Positions 1 through 9,335 of a stretch of DNA of 64,000 nt are shown one piece after another; position 1 is the stretch's first letter, and every line of letters starts with the position of its first letter. Below the pieces are notes generated by a model. The model made no database searches. It was not told where the DNA came from and saw nothing but the letters and a program-made list of their open reading frames with translations. Both the position numbers and the translations under genes were made by a program. The stretch covers positions 62,001-126,000 of IMG/VR virus record IMGVR_UViG_3300010403_000705. One strand, 5' to 3'.

Positions 1-1
1 A

Positions 2-730
2 TTAATTAATTGTATTGGTAAAACTGGCGTACCCAATGTAGATTGGTGTGAATCTAATAAAGAAATTACTGCTACCACTAATACTGCACTTCCAATCTTA
101 TTGGCTGAAAAATGCAGCAAAAAATCAGTACATCTAATAAATATAGGTTCTGGATGTATTTATTTCGGAAAATCCTCTAATATTTATCTTGGTTCGAGTC
201 GAATAGAACATTCAGCTTCTGATATTGGTTGGAAAGAGAATGATTTTGCTAATCCAAAATCATTCTATTCTAGAACCAAATACGCTTGTGATTTAGTTTT
301 AGAGGATATGCCTCATGTAACTACTTTAAGAATTCGAATGCCTATATCAGAAAAAAATCATCCTAGAAATCTAATTAATAAATTAATAGGATATAAACAA
401 ATTATTGATATCCCTAATTCAGTTACTTTTATCAAAGATTTACAGAACTGCGTACAATGGTGTATTGAAAATAATAAAAGCGGTATTTTTCATGTTACTA
501 ATCCACAACCTTTAAGTGCAGTTCAAATTATGATGGAGTACAAAAAGTATGTTCCAGAACATACTTTTGAAGTTATTACCGAGCAACAATTAGATAATTT
601 AACTATTGCAAAAAGATCTAATTGTATATTAAATACGGATAAGTTAAGAGAAGCTGGGTTCGAAATGACACCATCACATGATGCACTTTCCTATTGTATG
701 GCTAAATATATTTTAAATAAAAATTTTTAA
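2..730 (+). CDS. NDP-4-keto-6-deoxyglucose 3,5-epimerase/4-reductase (RmlD/NRS-ER-like), 5' truncated by window edge
   Basis: Frame is open from base 2 (LINCIGKTGVPNVDWCE...). The GKTGxPNVDWCE, GSGCIY, SFYSRTK (YxxxK) and LRIRMPI motifs are typical of NRS/ER-type rhamnose synthesis SDRs. Confidence 0.85.
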   Translation, partial: LINCIGKTGVPNVDWCESNKEITATTNTALPILLAEKCSKKSVHLINIGSGCIYFGKSSNIYLGSSRIEHSASDIGWKENDFANPKSFYSRTKYACDLVLEDMPHVTTLRIRMPISEKNHPRNLINKLIGYKQIIDIPNSVTFIKDLQNCVQWCIENNKSGIFHVTNPQPLSAVQIMMEYKKYVPEHTFEVITEQQLDNLTIAKRSNCILNTDKLREAGFEMTPSHDALSYCMAKYILNKNF

Positions 731-744
731 TTTGGAGAATAATT

Positions 745-939
745 ATGTCTAATAAAAATGTTACTATCGATTTGAAATCTAGAAAAGATGTTGACGGTCA
801 AGTCTTTTATGTTGGTAAAATTAAAGCTCCTGTTTTAATTGATTGTTCAATGGGCGCTGTATTTTTGGTTTTTGTGGCTGATAAAGGTGAAGAACAATTA
901 CAAATTGCTTTAATGGATAATAAAGAATTAGATGAATAA
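745..939 (+). CDS. hypothetical protein
   Basis: 64 aa ORF with GGAG RBS, coupled to next gene. Confidence 0.6.
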   Translation: MSNKNVTIDLKSRKDVDGQVFYVGKIKAPVLIDCSMGAVFLVFVADKGEEQLQIALMDNKELDE

Positions 940-1220
940 TGTCTTTTCATTTTGAAGATCTGTGGGAGCTGTGCGAAAAGTTACACCCAACCTCTTATCA
1001 TACAACTTCAGTTCAATCAACTATAGATGAATTATTAATAAAAATTAATTTATACAAGGCAGTTGATCAAAAATTAGAATTAAGTGAAGATGAGAGAGGG
1101 AAAATAAAATCTCGATTATATGGTGAAATTTTATTTTCCCTCACTAATTTGTCAGTAATAGACAATATTAATGTTTTTGAGTGTTTAGTGAATTCTTATA
1201 ATTATCGTATAGATAAATAA
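939..1220 (+). CDS. MazG-like (all-alpha NTP pyrophosphohydrolase fold) protein
   Basis: Helical 93 aa protein; YGEILFSLTNLS...NVFECL resembles the MazG ExGDxLF segment. Confidence 0.45.
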   Translation: MSFHFEDLWELCEKLHPTSYHTTSVQSTIDELLIKINLYKAVDQKLELSEDERGKIKSRLYGEILFSLTNLSVIDNINVFECLVNSYNYRIDK

Positions 1221-1227
1221 AAACAAT

Positions 1228-1587
1228 TTAAACTGGAACTTCTACTACATTATAAGCGATGCCAGGTAATACATTTTGTTGTTGTAATGTAGTTACTACT
1301 TTTTGTATAGTTCTAAATGCATAATCGCTACTTTTACCAGGAACAAACTGTACCTTAACAGTATTTGAACTAGTACCAGGCGCTACTTCTAACCTTCTCA
1401 CTAAACTTTTAACTTGTTGTGGAAGGGCATTGCTGATAGCTTCTGCTTCTTTTTTTGTAGTAATTTGTGGGTTTAAAGAAGCGGGTGGTAAAGCATCGCC
1501 TAACGATTGAGCGATTTTTGTGATTATTTGTTGTTGTTGCGCAACTACTTTAACCAATTTGCTGATAATTTCTTTATCTTTTGACAT
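1228..1587 (-). CDS. hypothetical protein, possible virion protein
   Basis: 119 aa ORF with AAGGGA RBS in its own gap; carries an ITKIAQ (K-x-A) motif. Confidence 0.65.
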   Translation of the reverse strand: MSKDKEIISKLVKVVAQQQQIITKIAQSLGDALPPASLNPQITTKKEAEAISNALPQQVKSLVRRLEVAPGTSSNTVKVQFVPGKSSDYAFRTIQKVVTTLQQQNVLPGIAYNVVEVPV

Positions 1588-1828
1588 TTGTTATCCCTTT
1601 TAATATAGTGCCGTTACATTTATCCATGAATAAATATCTAATAAATTCAAAAATATATGTTTTTATTAGTATTGCTATAAATAAAATTTTAGTGTAAATG
1701 TATATACCGCTCTTTAATTTTTTTATGATATTTTGTGTATTTATATAAAATACTGAAAGTAACTCTCGACAAAAAGTTGGGGACTATATAATAGGGGAAG
1801 TAGTTATATTAGAGTACGTAGGTATGTT

Positions 1829-2173
1829 ATGAAAAAAGCAAAAATAGTGAATAATTATAAGTTTAAAAACATGTCTTATAGTGATATGGTGATGTTTTTA
1901 AATAAAGAATTACCTATTAATATTAAATATAATGAAGAATTGATTAATAGAATTCATTGTAAATATCCTATACTAAGTAAGTCACAAATTAGTATGATAG
2001 TTAAACTAGTTTTCCAAAGTATTAGGGATTTTTTGGTTTTGGGTAAAATTTTGAATTTTAATAAATTATTTTTTGATACTAAATTACATTTCTTTGACTA
2101 TCGCAGAAAAGGTCGTATATTAAAAGCGTTGAAAGTAAAAATTTCAACGCCTCCGCCAATAAGGAATTTATAA
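1829..2173 (+). CDS. HU/IHF-like DNA-binding protein (divergent)
   Basis: Basic; ELINRI...LSKSQISMIVKLVFQSIRDFLVLGKILNF matches the HU/IHF helix-helix-strand pattern. Confidence 0.55.
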   Translation: MKKAKIVNNYKFKNMSYSDMVMFLNKELPINIKYNEELINRIHCKYPILSKSQISMIVKLVFQSIRDFLVLGKILNFNKLFFDTKLHFFDYRRKGRILKALKVKISTPPPIRNL

Positions 2174-2493
2174 TGGATGACGATATAAACGAACTAAGTT
2201 TTTCTTTTGATATCAAGAAAATGAAAGAGAAATTACCACAGTTCTCTTCCGTTAAATTATGTGAAATGATAGTATGTGATAGATATTTTAATATGGGTCA
2301 AAATATTTCTATCCATTGCATGGAAGAATTATCGTTGCGTCGACAAAAAGGTGATCTTTTTGATTTTGAATCCTATATAGATAATAGCTACAAAGAATTA
2401 CCTTATTTAAATCTTGATACAACCGATTTAAGATCAATATTAAATCAAATTATTAAAAAAAATGAATCACCAATTAACAGAGCAAATAGTTAA
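2173..2493 (+). CDS. hypothetical protein
   Basis: 106 aa ORF in operon-like array. Confidence 0.6.
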   Translation: MDDDINELSFSFDIKKMKEKLPQFSSVKLCEMIVCDRYFNMGQNISIHCMEELSLRRQKGDLFDFESYIDNSYKELPYLNLDTTDLRSILNQIIKKNESPINRANS

Positions 2494-2998
2494 ACATATT
2501 TTTTCTAACTTAGGTATAATAAAACCAGCTGTACCATTCAATGACAGATTTCAGAAACTTGTAACTAACACATTCCTTTTAAATAAAAAAATTTCATTTG
2601 AAATGGAAGATGGATCTATAGTTAGTAATAATTTATGGGGTTGTCAATTAAAGATTGACAACCAAGAGCTAAAAATCATTGTGGGAGATGTTTCAAGGGA
2701 TGTATCTGTTACAGAATATTGTTTAGTGGTTCATTTGCAAGATTATCCAATGTACGGAATATATTATATTGTTGATGCAACTGATACACAGTCTTTAATT
2801 GGTTATTCTGTAAATGGACAGCAATGGTTAGAATGTAATACTTATTTGCAAGCTACTTTTTTAGCTGCTATGGAACAAATTAAAGAACATTTTGCTTTAC
2901 CTCAACAATGTTCTTTATATGAAGTTGAATATTCAGCTTTACTTACATTTTTAGATTTTCATTCTACAATTTTTGAGAATAATGTTTATGAAAGGTAA
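2462..2998 (+). CDS. hypothetical protein
   Basis: 178 aa ORF. Confidence 0.65.
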   Translation: MNHQLTEQIVKHIFSNLGIIKPAVPFNDRFQKLVTNTFLLNKKISFEMEDGSIVSNNLWGCQLKIDNQELKIIVGDVSRDVSVTEYCLVVHLQDYPMYGIYYIVDATDTQSLIGYSVNGQQWLECNTYLQATFLAAMEQIKEHFALPQQCSLYEVEYSALLTFLDFHSTIFENNVYER

Positions 2999-3458
2999 GA
3001 AAATAGATAATGAATTCTTAAGTGAATTCATTTCAAATTGTATTAAAAAGGGTCTTTTTTCTTCAGAGGAAATAGTAGGTTTAGCACAATCAAAAATAAC
3101 TGATATTGATCTTAAGATAAGAGAAGTAGAAAGCTTAAAACTTTTAAGATCTAAATTACTGGATGTAATTACTGCATTTAAAAAAACGAATAAAGATAAA
3201 AAAGATGATAATGAGTTACTCTCTTTTTATAAAATACAAAACGCACAGATATCTAAATTAATTTGTGATAATGTAAAAAATAAATTAAATATCATTAATA
3301 TGATTTATGATACTAAACAGTTTTCTACTACAGATATTATATTTTGTATTAAACAGTTATTAGAAAATAAAATAATTCTAAAAACTGAGGGTAATTATTT
3401 TATAGAAGGTGAAATGTTTGAACAATATTATTCTTTTTTGTTAAAAAGTAACAATTAA
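2973..3458 (+). CDS. hypothetical protein (true start probably ATG 2982 or 2988)
   Basis: 161 aa ORF; C-terminus resembles a winged helix. Confidence 0.6.
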   Translation: MRIMFMKGKKIDNEFLSEFISNCIKKGLFSSEEIVGLAQSKITDIDLKIREVESLKLLRSKLLDVITAFKKTNKDKKDDNELLSFYKIQNAQISKLICDNVKNKLNIINMIYDTKQFSTTDIIFCIKQLLENKIILKTEGNYFIEGEMFEQYYSFLLKSNN

Positions 3459-3461
3459 TGT

Positions 3462-3794
3462 ATGAAAAGTTTACCAAATAGTATTACTAAAAGAATTTTA
3501 TGGAGATATGTAAATAAGAAAATAAACAGAACTATACATCATTATCATGTGTTCAGTGTTATAACTATTCTATTTGATGAAATATTAAATGATTTAAAAC
3601 TTGGTAAGGAACTGAAGATTTTTAATTTTGGAAGATTAGTTATAAAAGAGTTACCGTCACGTAAATATTATAACATTCATGATAAAACTATAAGAATATC
3701 CAATTCTCATAAGATTTTAAGATTTATATTATCTTCAAAATTAAGAAAAGAATTAAAGAAACAATTAGATGTGGATCTTTTTTTTGAAAGATGA
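3462..3794 (+). CDS. HU/IHF family DNA-binding protein
   Basis: LFDEILNDLKLGKELKIFNFGRLVIKELPSRKYYN...ILRFILSSKLRK matches the HU/IHF signature (I-x-x-FG-x-F, arm, F-x-x-S-x-x-L). Confidence 0.8.
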   Translation: MKSLPNSITKRILWRYVNKKINRTIHHYHVFSVITILFDEILNDLKLGKELKIFNFGRLVIKELPSRKYYNIHDKTIRISNSHKILRFILSSKLRKELKKQLDVDLFFER

Positions 3795-3800
3795 ATTTGA

Positions 3801-4184
3801 GTGAAAAAAAATCAAGAGTTATATGTGTGTAGTAGTATTTATAATAACGAAATATTATCAAAGATTATTCCCGCTTCTTCCAAAAAAGAAGCGGGAATAA
3901 TCTTTGATAATAAATTTAAAATACAAGCCCAAGAAATTCTAGGACCCTTCCTTGATGTTAAAAAGAAAGTGTTAGAAACCACAAAAATTTTGAAGTTTTC
4001 TGACAATAAAATTCATAAAGCATTTTATAATGATTGGTTAGTTAATGCTTTTTATCTATTGGAGCCTGCTGACCATGCATATCTAGTTTTTATAAAAAGA
4101 ATAGATGGTATCAAAAATAATCAACCGCCTAAAGGGACAATTATAGTACCAATACACAATTTGAGGTTTATACAAGATGAATAA
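3801..4184 (+). CDS. hypothetical protein
   Basis: 127 aa ORF, GTG start; contains a long internal inverted repeat. Confidence 0.6.
   Translation: MKKNQELYVCSSIYNNEILSKIIPASSKKEAGIIFDNKFKIQAQEILGPFLDVKKKVLETTKILKFSDNKIHKAFYNDWLVNAFYLLEPADHAYLVFIKRIDGIKNNQPPKGTIIVPIHNLRFIQDE
3853..3912. repeat. perfect 27-bp inverted repeat with 6-nt loop
   Basis: TATTATCAAAGATTATTCCCGCTTCTT (3853-3879) / CCAAAA / AAGAAGCGGGAATAATCTTTGATAATA (3886-3912). Confidence 0.95.
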
Positions 4185-4527
4185 AAAATTTTTACAACAA
4201 ATGAAAGATAACCTAGTAAAACAAAAGCAAGAGTTATTAATCAGATCGAAAAACTTACCAGATATAGATATTGAAGGTGATGAAACAGACGAGGTACAAG
4301 CGAATTTATTGATTGAAGTGGCAAATCAATTATCTGCTCGTGACATTAGTAAGATATATTTAATCGACGGTGCTTTAAAAAGAATAGAAAATAATACCTA
4401 TGGATTATGTGAGGAATGTGATGATCATATTCCAGAAAAAAGATTATTAGCTAATCCATATTTTTTAACTTGTGTGATATGCGCTGAACAGAGAGAGGCT
4501 GAAGAAAAACAAAGGAAGAGGTATTGA
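4177..4527 (+). CDS. dksA: DksA/TraR C4 zinc-finger protein
   Basis: Coiled coil with DETDEV tip; ALKRIENNTYGLCEEC...IPEKRLLANP...CVIC. Confidence 0.9.
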   Translation: MNKKFLQQMKDNLVKQKQELLIRSKNLPDIDIEGDETDEVQANLLIEVANQLSARDISKIYLIDGALKRIENNTYGLCEECDDHIPEKRLLANPYFLTCVICAEQREAEEKQRKRY

Positions 4528-4528
4528 T

Positions 4529-5113
4529 TTGAATACTATTGTTACGGAAGCTACTGAACATGGCGAAATGCCTATCGATATTTATCAAAAATTGTCTAAT
4601 GATAGAATATTATTTATATGTGATGTAATAGATGATAAATTAGCTACTGATATAGTTGCTACCCTCTTATTAAAAGATCTAGAAGATTCTGAGAAAAAAA
4701 TAACCCTTTTTATAAATTCTGAGGGAGGTGATATAAGGAATGTTCTTATGATTTATGATATGATGTGCTTAATACAAGCCCCCATAGAAACGGTATGTAT
4801 TGGTGCAGCTATGGATGAAGCTGCAATAATATTACTTGCTGGTACACAGGGTATGAGATTAGCTACTCCCAATTCGATAATATCTATAAGTCAATTAGTT
4901 CATGATTGGACAAGTTATTCTGATCTAACAGATGCAAAGAAAATTCTTGATCGATCTATGCAAGATAACAAAAAAATGATGGATATAATTGCTAAAAGTG
5001 TTGGTAAAACATTAAAACAGGTCATTGAGGATTTTAATAGGCGAGTTTTTATGAATTGTAACCAAGCAGTTAAATATGGCTTAATTGATAAGGTGGTTGT
5101 TTTTAACAAATGA
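4529..5113 (+). CDS. ClpP-like subunit lacking catalytic Ser/His (ClpR-like)
   Basis: ClpP fold motifs DIYQKLSNDRILF, LFINSEGG, A..YGLIDKV; nucleophile position reads GAAMDEAA and His position reads ISISQL. Confidence 0.85.
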   Translation: MNTIVTEATEHGEMPIDIYQKLSNDRILFICDVIDDKLATDIVATLLLKDLEDSEKKITLFINSEGGDIRNVLMIYDMMCLIQAPIETVCIGAAMDEAAIILLAGTQGMRLATPNSIISISQLVHDWTSYSDLTDAKKILDRSMQDNKKMMDIIAKSVGKTLKQVIEDFNRRVFMNCNQAVKYGLIDKVVVFNK

Positions 5114-5709
5114 AAACAAAAATGAAAGATCACGATGATCAAGATAACTTGGATAATATTCCAATTTTTCCGGGTTATGTAGAGACTTACATTAAACTAG
5201 CAAAAGATAGAATCATTTTCTTAAACGAAGATGTGACAAAGCAAGCTGCTGCTAATTTATCAGCTCTTTTGTTATATTATGATAATGAAAATTCTGATGA
5301 AAGTATTAGTATTTACATTCATTGTAGTGGGGGAGATGCTGCGGGATTAGTAAATATTTATGATGTTATGCAAATGATAAAATCACCTATCAAAACTATA
5401 TGTATTGGCAAGTGTTATTCTGCGGGTGCTATAATTTTGGCTGCTGGAAACGTTGGTGAAAGGTATGCATTTAAACATTCTAAGATTATGATACATGGCG
5501 TTCAGGCAGGTTTTCCAATTTTAGGTCATGATATAACGAACTCAAAAAGCTATTATGATTTTCTAAAGGATAGTAATGATAAGATAATGAAGATATTAAG
5601 TGATCATACTGGACATTCCTTAGAAAAAATTAAGCAAGATTGTTTAAGAGATGTTTGGTTAGACGCTAAACAGGCATTAGATTATGGTTTAATTGACGAA
5701 ATATTATGA
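5110..5709 (+). CDS. clpP: ATP-dependent Clp protease proteolytic subunit
   Basis: Intact triad: GKCYSAGA (Ser), IMIHG (His), RDVWL (Asp); ALDYGLIDEI. Confidence 0.92.
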   Translation: MKTKMKDHDDQDNLDNIPIFPGYVETYIKLAKDRIIFLNEDVTKQAAANLSALLLYYDNENSDESISIYIHCSGGDAAGLVNIYDVMQMIKSPIKTICIGKCYSAGAIILAAGNVGERYAFKHSKIMIHGVQAGFPILGHDITNSKSYYDFLKDSNDKIMKILSDHTGHSLEKIKQDCLRDVWLDAKQALDYGLIDEIL

Positions 5710-6417
5710 ATAATTTATCTTTAGTATCTTTCGTTGGAGTAGATCTTCGAACAAATTTTGAAGATCTATTATCTTTTCATAACAAAAATATAAAATATGA
5801 ATTTGGTGTTTTATATTCCGACTCTAAAAATGGATTATATCAAAGATACCCTGACTATAAGTTTTCAGAGAGATTCTTAAGGTGGTGTCAAAATAATAAA
5901 GTTAATTCTTCTTTGCATCTATGCGGGACATCTATAGATAAATTCTTAAATGAAGAAGATATTATTATGAATTTATGTTTAATTGCTGATCGCATACAAT
6001 TAAACATAAATATAAAAAAATATGATAATTTTGATATATTAAGCGATAATATACTAAAGATTAGTAAAAAGAATAATTATAGTATTATTTTACAAGATAA
6101 TCAAACAAAAAAAAGAGTTTAATAAGCTTTTTTTGTCAAAGATAGATCAGGATTTTCCTTTATCATTATTATACGATTCTTCTGGTGGTTTTGGCAGGCA
6201 GATTAGTAAAGTATCTGCACCAGATAATAAGTTTTTCACTGGTTATGCTGGCGGAATTAACCCATCCAATGTGCAGAAGATAATTTCATTAATAGATATG
6301 AGTAATATTAATAATAAACCATATTATATTGATATGGAATCTGGAATAAGAATTGATAATATATTTTCTATTTCAGAATGTAATAAGATAAAAGCTTTAA
6401 TTGAGGCTCGAATCTAA
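5706..6417 (+). pseudogene. TrpF (PRA isomerase)-like TIM-barrel protein split by a +1 frameshift in an A8 run
   Basis: ORFs 5706-6122 and 6133-6417 join into 236 aa if one A is removed from 6107-6114; LLYDSSGGFG, GYAGGINPSNV, IDMESGIR motifs. Confidence 0.7.
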
Positions 6418-6449
6418 AACTAACAATAGCAATAATCACCTATTATTGT

Positions 6450-7907
6450 ATGATTAAAGTTGCCGGCAAACCGTCTTCAGATCCTATTCAAGAAAAACTG
6501 AGACAAAGCAAAAAAATTTGGAATAAGCAAGTCTCAGAATTTGCTGATGATCTTTTTCGTATCAAAGATACTATGAATGGTAAGCCTTCTAAATTTCATC
6601 CGGAAAAATCTTCAATTAAAGATCCTATTCCTGGAGATCCTGTAACTATTATTGGAGTTTTGGTAAGTGATTTTCAAGATATAGCTCAAAAAGGAAATGA
6701 TATTATAAGACAACAACTTGAATATTCTAAGACAAGAAAAAGGAAACAACCTAAACAGTCTTTAGCGCCAATGCCAACATCACCTAATAATAGTCCCTCT
6801 ACAATAGATCTGAGTAAGCAATTAACAGCAACAGCAGATATGTATCAGTTGATCGCTCTAGGATCAAATCCATTAACTAGATTTTTTGCTCGTTTACTTA
6901 ATCCATCTTTTGGAACCAGCCATAAAGCAAGGACTAGAAAATACAGAATGTCTTTGTTAAAATCTGCTGTAGAGATATTTAAAGATTTAGTCGATTTGGA
7001 AGCATTTATAGTAAAATCCTCTCCAGAAAGCATTTTTAATGCCAGCAAACTTCTTTCGAAAATAGAAGGTAACTGGAATTTTTTTAAGACTGGATTAAAT
7101 ACTTATAAAGAGACAATGACACAAGATATAGTTAATACAACTCCTATTGAAGATAAACTTAATGTGCGGACTGTTCCAAATGATAATATTACAATTACAG
7201 AGCCATCTAATAGTTACTCTTCATCACAGATAAATTCTATAATAGAAGATTATAAAAAATACAGTAACAATTTTACAGATATTAATTTAAAAAATCTTTT
7301 TTCTTTAATAGGAAAATTCTTAAGTGTTCCTATCGAGAATAAAAATAAAAAATCTTTGATAAGTTCCGAATTACAAAGTGAATATAATAAAGTATTAAGT
7401 ATTCTGAATATTAAATATAATACTAATGGTTCATCATTTAAAGAAGTTTGGGAAACTAAACAAGCGAAGGCGCAATTTCATACTGATCAATTAGAAGCGG
7501 TAGCAGATCGTTCAATCGAAAGATGGTTAGGTAAAATTAAACATCAGTTAGGTCCATCGAATAAAACATCTGCTTATAGGCTAGATATTTATAAGGCTGC
7601 TAATAAAGCTAGAGACTTAATAGATAAGATTATGGATTCTTTAGAAAAGGAAATGAATACTTCCCAGTTAGAAGGACTTGCTAATCAAATAACTGCTGAG
7701 TTTAAAATTATGGAAAGATTGATAAGGGAATTAGAATCCACTTTACGTGGTAAGAATTTTGATAAGTCTTTCATGGACCTCTTAGAAAGTGGTAAAATAA
7801 CTAATTTTGACCCTGAGTTAACTTCTGAGCAGCGGGGCAACCTTCAAAAAATGATTGAAAGAAGAAGGGTAAGAGAACTAACGGATTTTTACCAAAATAG
7901 GAAATAA
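6450..7907 (+). CDS. hypothetical helical protein, possible virion/internal head protein
   Basis: 485 aa; starts MIKVAG (K-x-A); internally repeated helical modules. Confidence 0.6.
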   Translation: MIKVAGKPSSDPIQEKLRQSKKIWNKQVSEFADDLFRIKDTMNGKPSKFHPEKSSIKDPIPGDPVTIIGVLVSDFQDIAQKGNDIIRQQLEYSKTRKRKQPKQSLAPMPTSPNNSPSTIDLSKQLTATADMYQLIALGSNPLTRFFARLLNPSFGTSHKARTRKYRMSLLKSAVEIFKDLVDLEAFIVKSSPESIFNASKLLSKIEGNWNFFKTGLNTYKETMTQDIVNTTPIEDKLNVRTVPNDNITITEPSNSYSSSQINSIIEDYKKYSNNFTDINLKNLFSLIGKFLSVPIENKNKKSLISSELQSEYNKVLSILNIKYNTNGSSFKEVWETKQAKAQFHTDQLEAVADRSIERWLGKIKHQLGPSNKTSAYRLDIYKAANKARDLIDKIMDSLEKEMNTSQLEGLANQITAEFKIMERLIRELESTLRGKNFDKSFMDLLESGKITNFDPELTSEQRGNLQKMIERRRVRELTDFYQNRK

Positions 7908-7909
7908 GT

Positions 7910-8299
7910 ATGAGAGAAGGCTATTTATATATAGATAGTAATATTTTTCCAACTTATTTGGCAATATCAAGTCAAGAACAACAACAAGGGTTAATGCATG
8001 TCGATTGGCCACCGCCGGTAATGGCATTTGTATATGCTGCTCCACAAGTTAATAAATTTTGGATGAAAAACACTCCAAGTCCTTTGGATATTGTATTTTG
8101 TTGTAGTGGAGAAATAGTAGATATTTGTAAAGGGGAGCCATATTGTACTTCAACAATTGGAAATAAATATAGTGATTTAGTTATTGAGTTACCATACGGT
8201 ACGATTTCTAAATTAGGAATTGTAGAAAAACATAAGGCAGGTATTATAACACCTAAAGCTAATGAATTGCGACAGATATTTGGACAGTTAAAATTATAA
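7910..8299 (+). CDS. DUF192 family protein
   Basis: QQGLM...MAFVY...FWMKNTPSPLDIVF...VIELPYG. Confidence 0.85.
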   Translation: MREGYLYIDSNIFPTYLAISSQEQQQGLMHVDWPPPVMAFVYAAPQVNKFWMKNTPSPLDIVFCCSGEIVDICKGEPYCTSTIGNKYSDLVIELPYGTISKLGIVEKHKAGIITPKANELRQIFGQLKL

Positions 8300-8339
8300 C
8301 ATAACCTCTCCCATCGAAGAAAGTGGTTGGGGAAAGTGT

Positions 8340-9335
8340 ATGAACAATCAACATATTCATGATTTTAATAAGATCCTTCGTAACTTTAATATTAAAGCTA
8401 CTTGTGTAAACTATAAAGCTATAGATAATTACTTTTTCTATGATTTAAAATTATCTCCTCAAACTAAAGTTCGAGATATCCAAAGATATAATGATGAAAT
8501 TTCTTTATCATTAAAGTCACCTAATAAATCAAATATTAAAATTCTTCATCAAGAAGGTATTGTGAGGTTAGAGTTTGCCGCACCTCGCACACACGTATTA
8601 AAATTATTTGATTATTTTACAAATAATAATGTGCCTAAGGGAGAACTAATGTGTCTTCTTGGTCAATCACTTGATGGTAACAAAATGTGGATGGATTTAG
8701 CACAAAATCCACACATGATCATTTCTGGGACTACCGGATCTGGTAAAAGCACCTTGTTACATAATATCATTGCAAATTTATTCAACTACAGTAAAGTTAA
8801 ACTTTATTTAGTTGATCCAAAAAATGTAGAATTTATCGAATATGATAAAAAAATTAAAAATGATGTGAATGTTTCATATACTTACCATGATGCTTTGCTT
8901 GTTTTAGACTCATTACTAGAAACGATGGAGTATCGATATTCATTGTTACATAGTAATCGAAAGGAAGAATTCCCTCCTATCGTTTTAATTATTGATGAAT
9001 TTTCAGATTTAATTATGCAGGATGTGAATAATGAATTTTATGAAAAACTTTGTCGACTCGCTCAGAAATGTAGAGCTGCAAAAATTCATATTATTCTTTC
9101 AACACAAAGACCTTCTGTAAATATTATTAATGGAACAATTAAAGCTAATTTTCCTGCTCGTATTGCGTGTAGAGTTGCAAGTCATGTAGATTCAAAAGTA
9201 GTATTGGATGCTACAGGTGCTGAAAATCTAATGGGCAAAGGCGATGCTTTGGTTAAGGATAATTATAGATCTATGGAAAGATTTCAAATAGCATATACTG
9301 ACTCTTCAGAAGTGTGTACATATTTTGGTGAATAA
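8340..9335 (+). CDS. FtsK/SpoIIIE-family DNA translocase (motor domain only)
   Basis: PHMIISGTTGSGKS, LVDPK, IIDEFSDL, STQRPS, IKANFPARI, GAENLMGKGD. Confidence 0.9.
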   Translation: MNNQHIHDFNKILRNFNIKATCVNYKAIDNYFFYDLKLSPQTKVRDIQRYNDEISLSLKSPNKSNIKILHQEGIVRLEFAAPRTHVLKLFDYFTNNNVPKGELMCLLGQSLDGNKMWMDLAQNPHMIISGTTGSGKSTLLHNIIANLFNYSKVKLYLVDPKNVEFIEYDKKIKNDVNVSYTYHDALLVLDSLLETMEYRYSLLHSNRKEEFPPIVLIIDEFSDLIMQDVNNEFYEKLCRLAQKCRAAKIHIILSTQRPSVNIINGTIKANFPARIACRVASHVDSKVVLDATGAENLMGKGDALVKDNYRSMERFQIAYTDSSEVCTYFGE

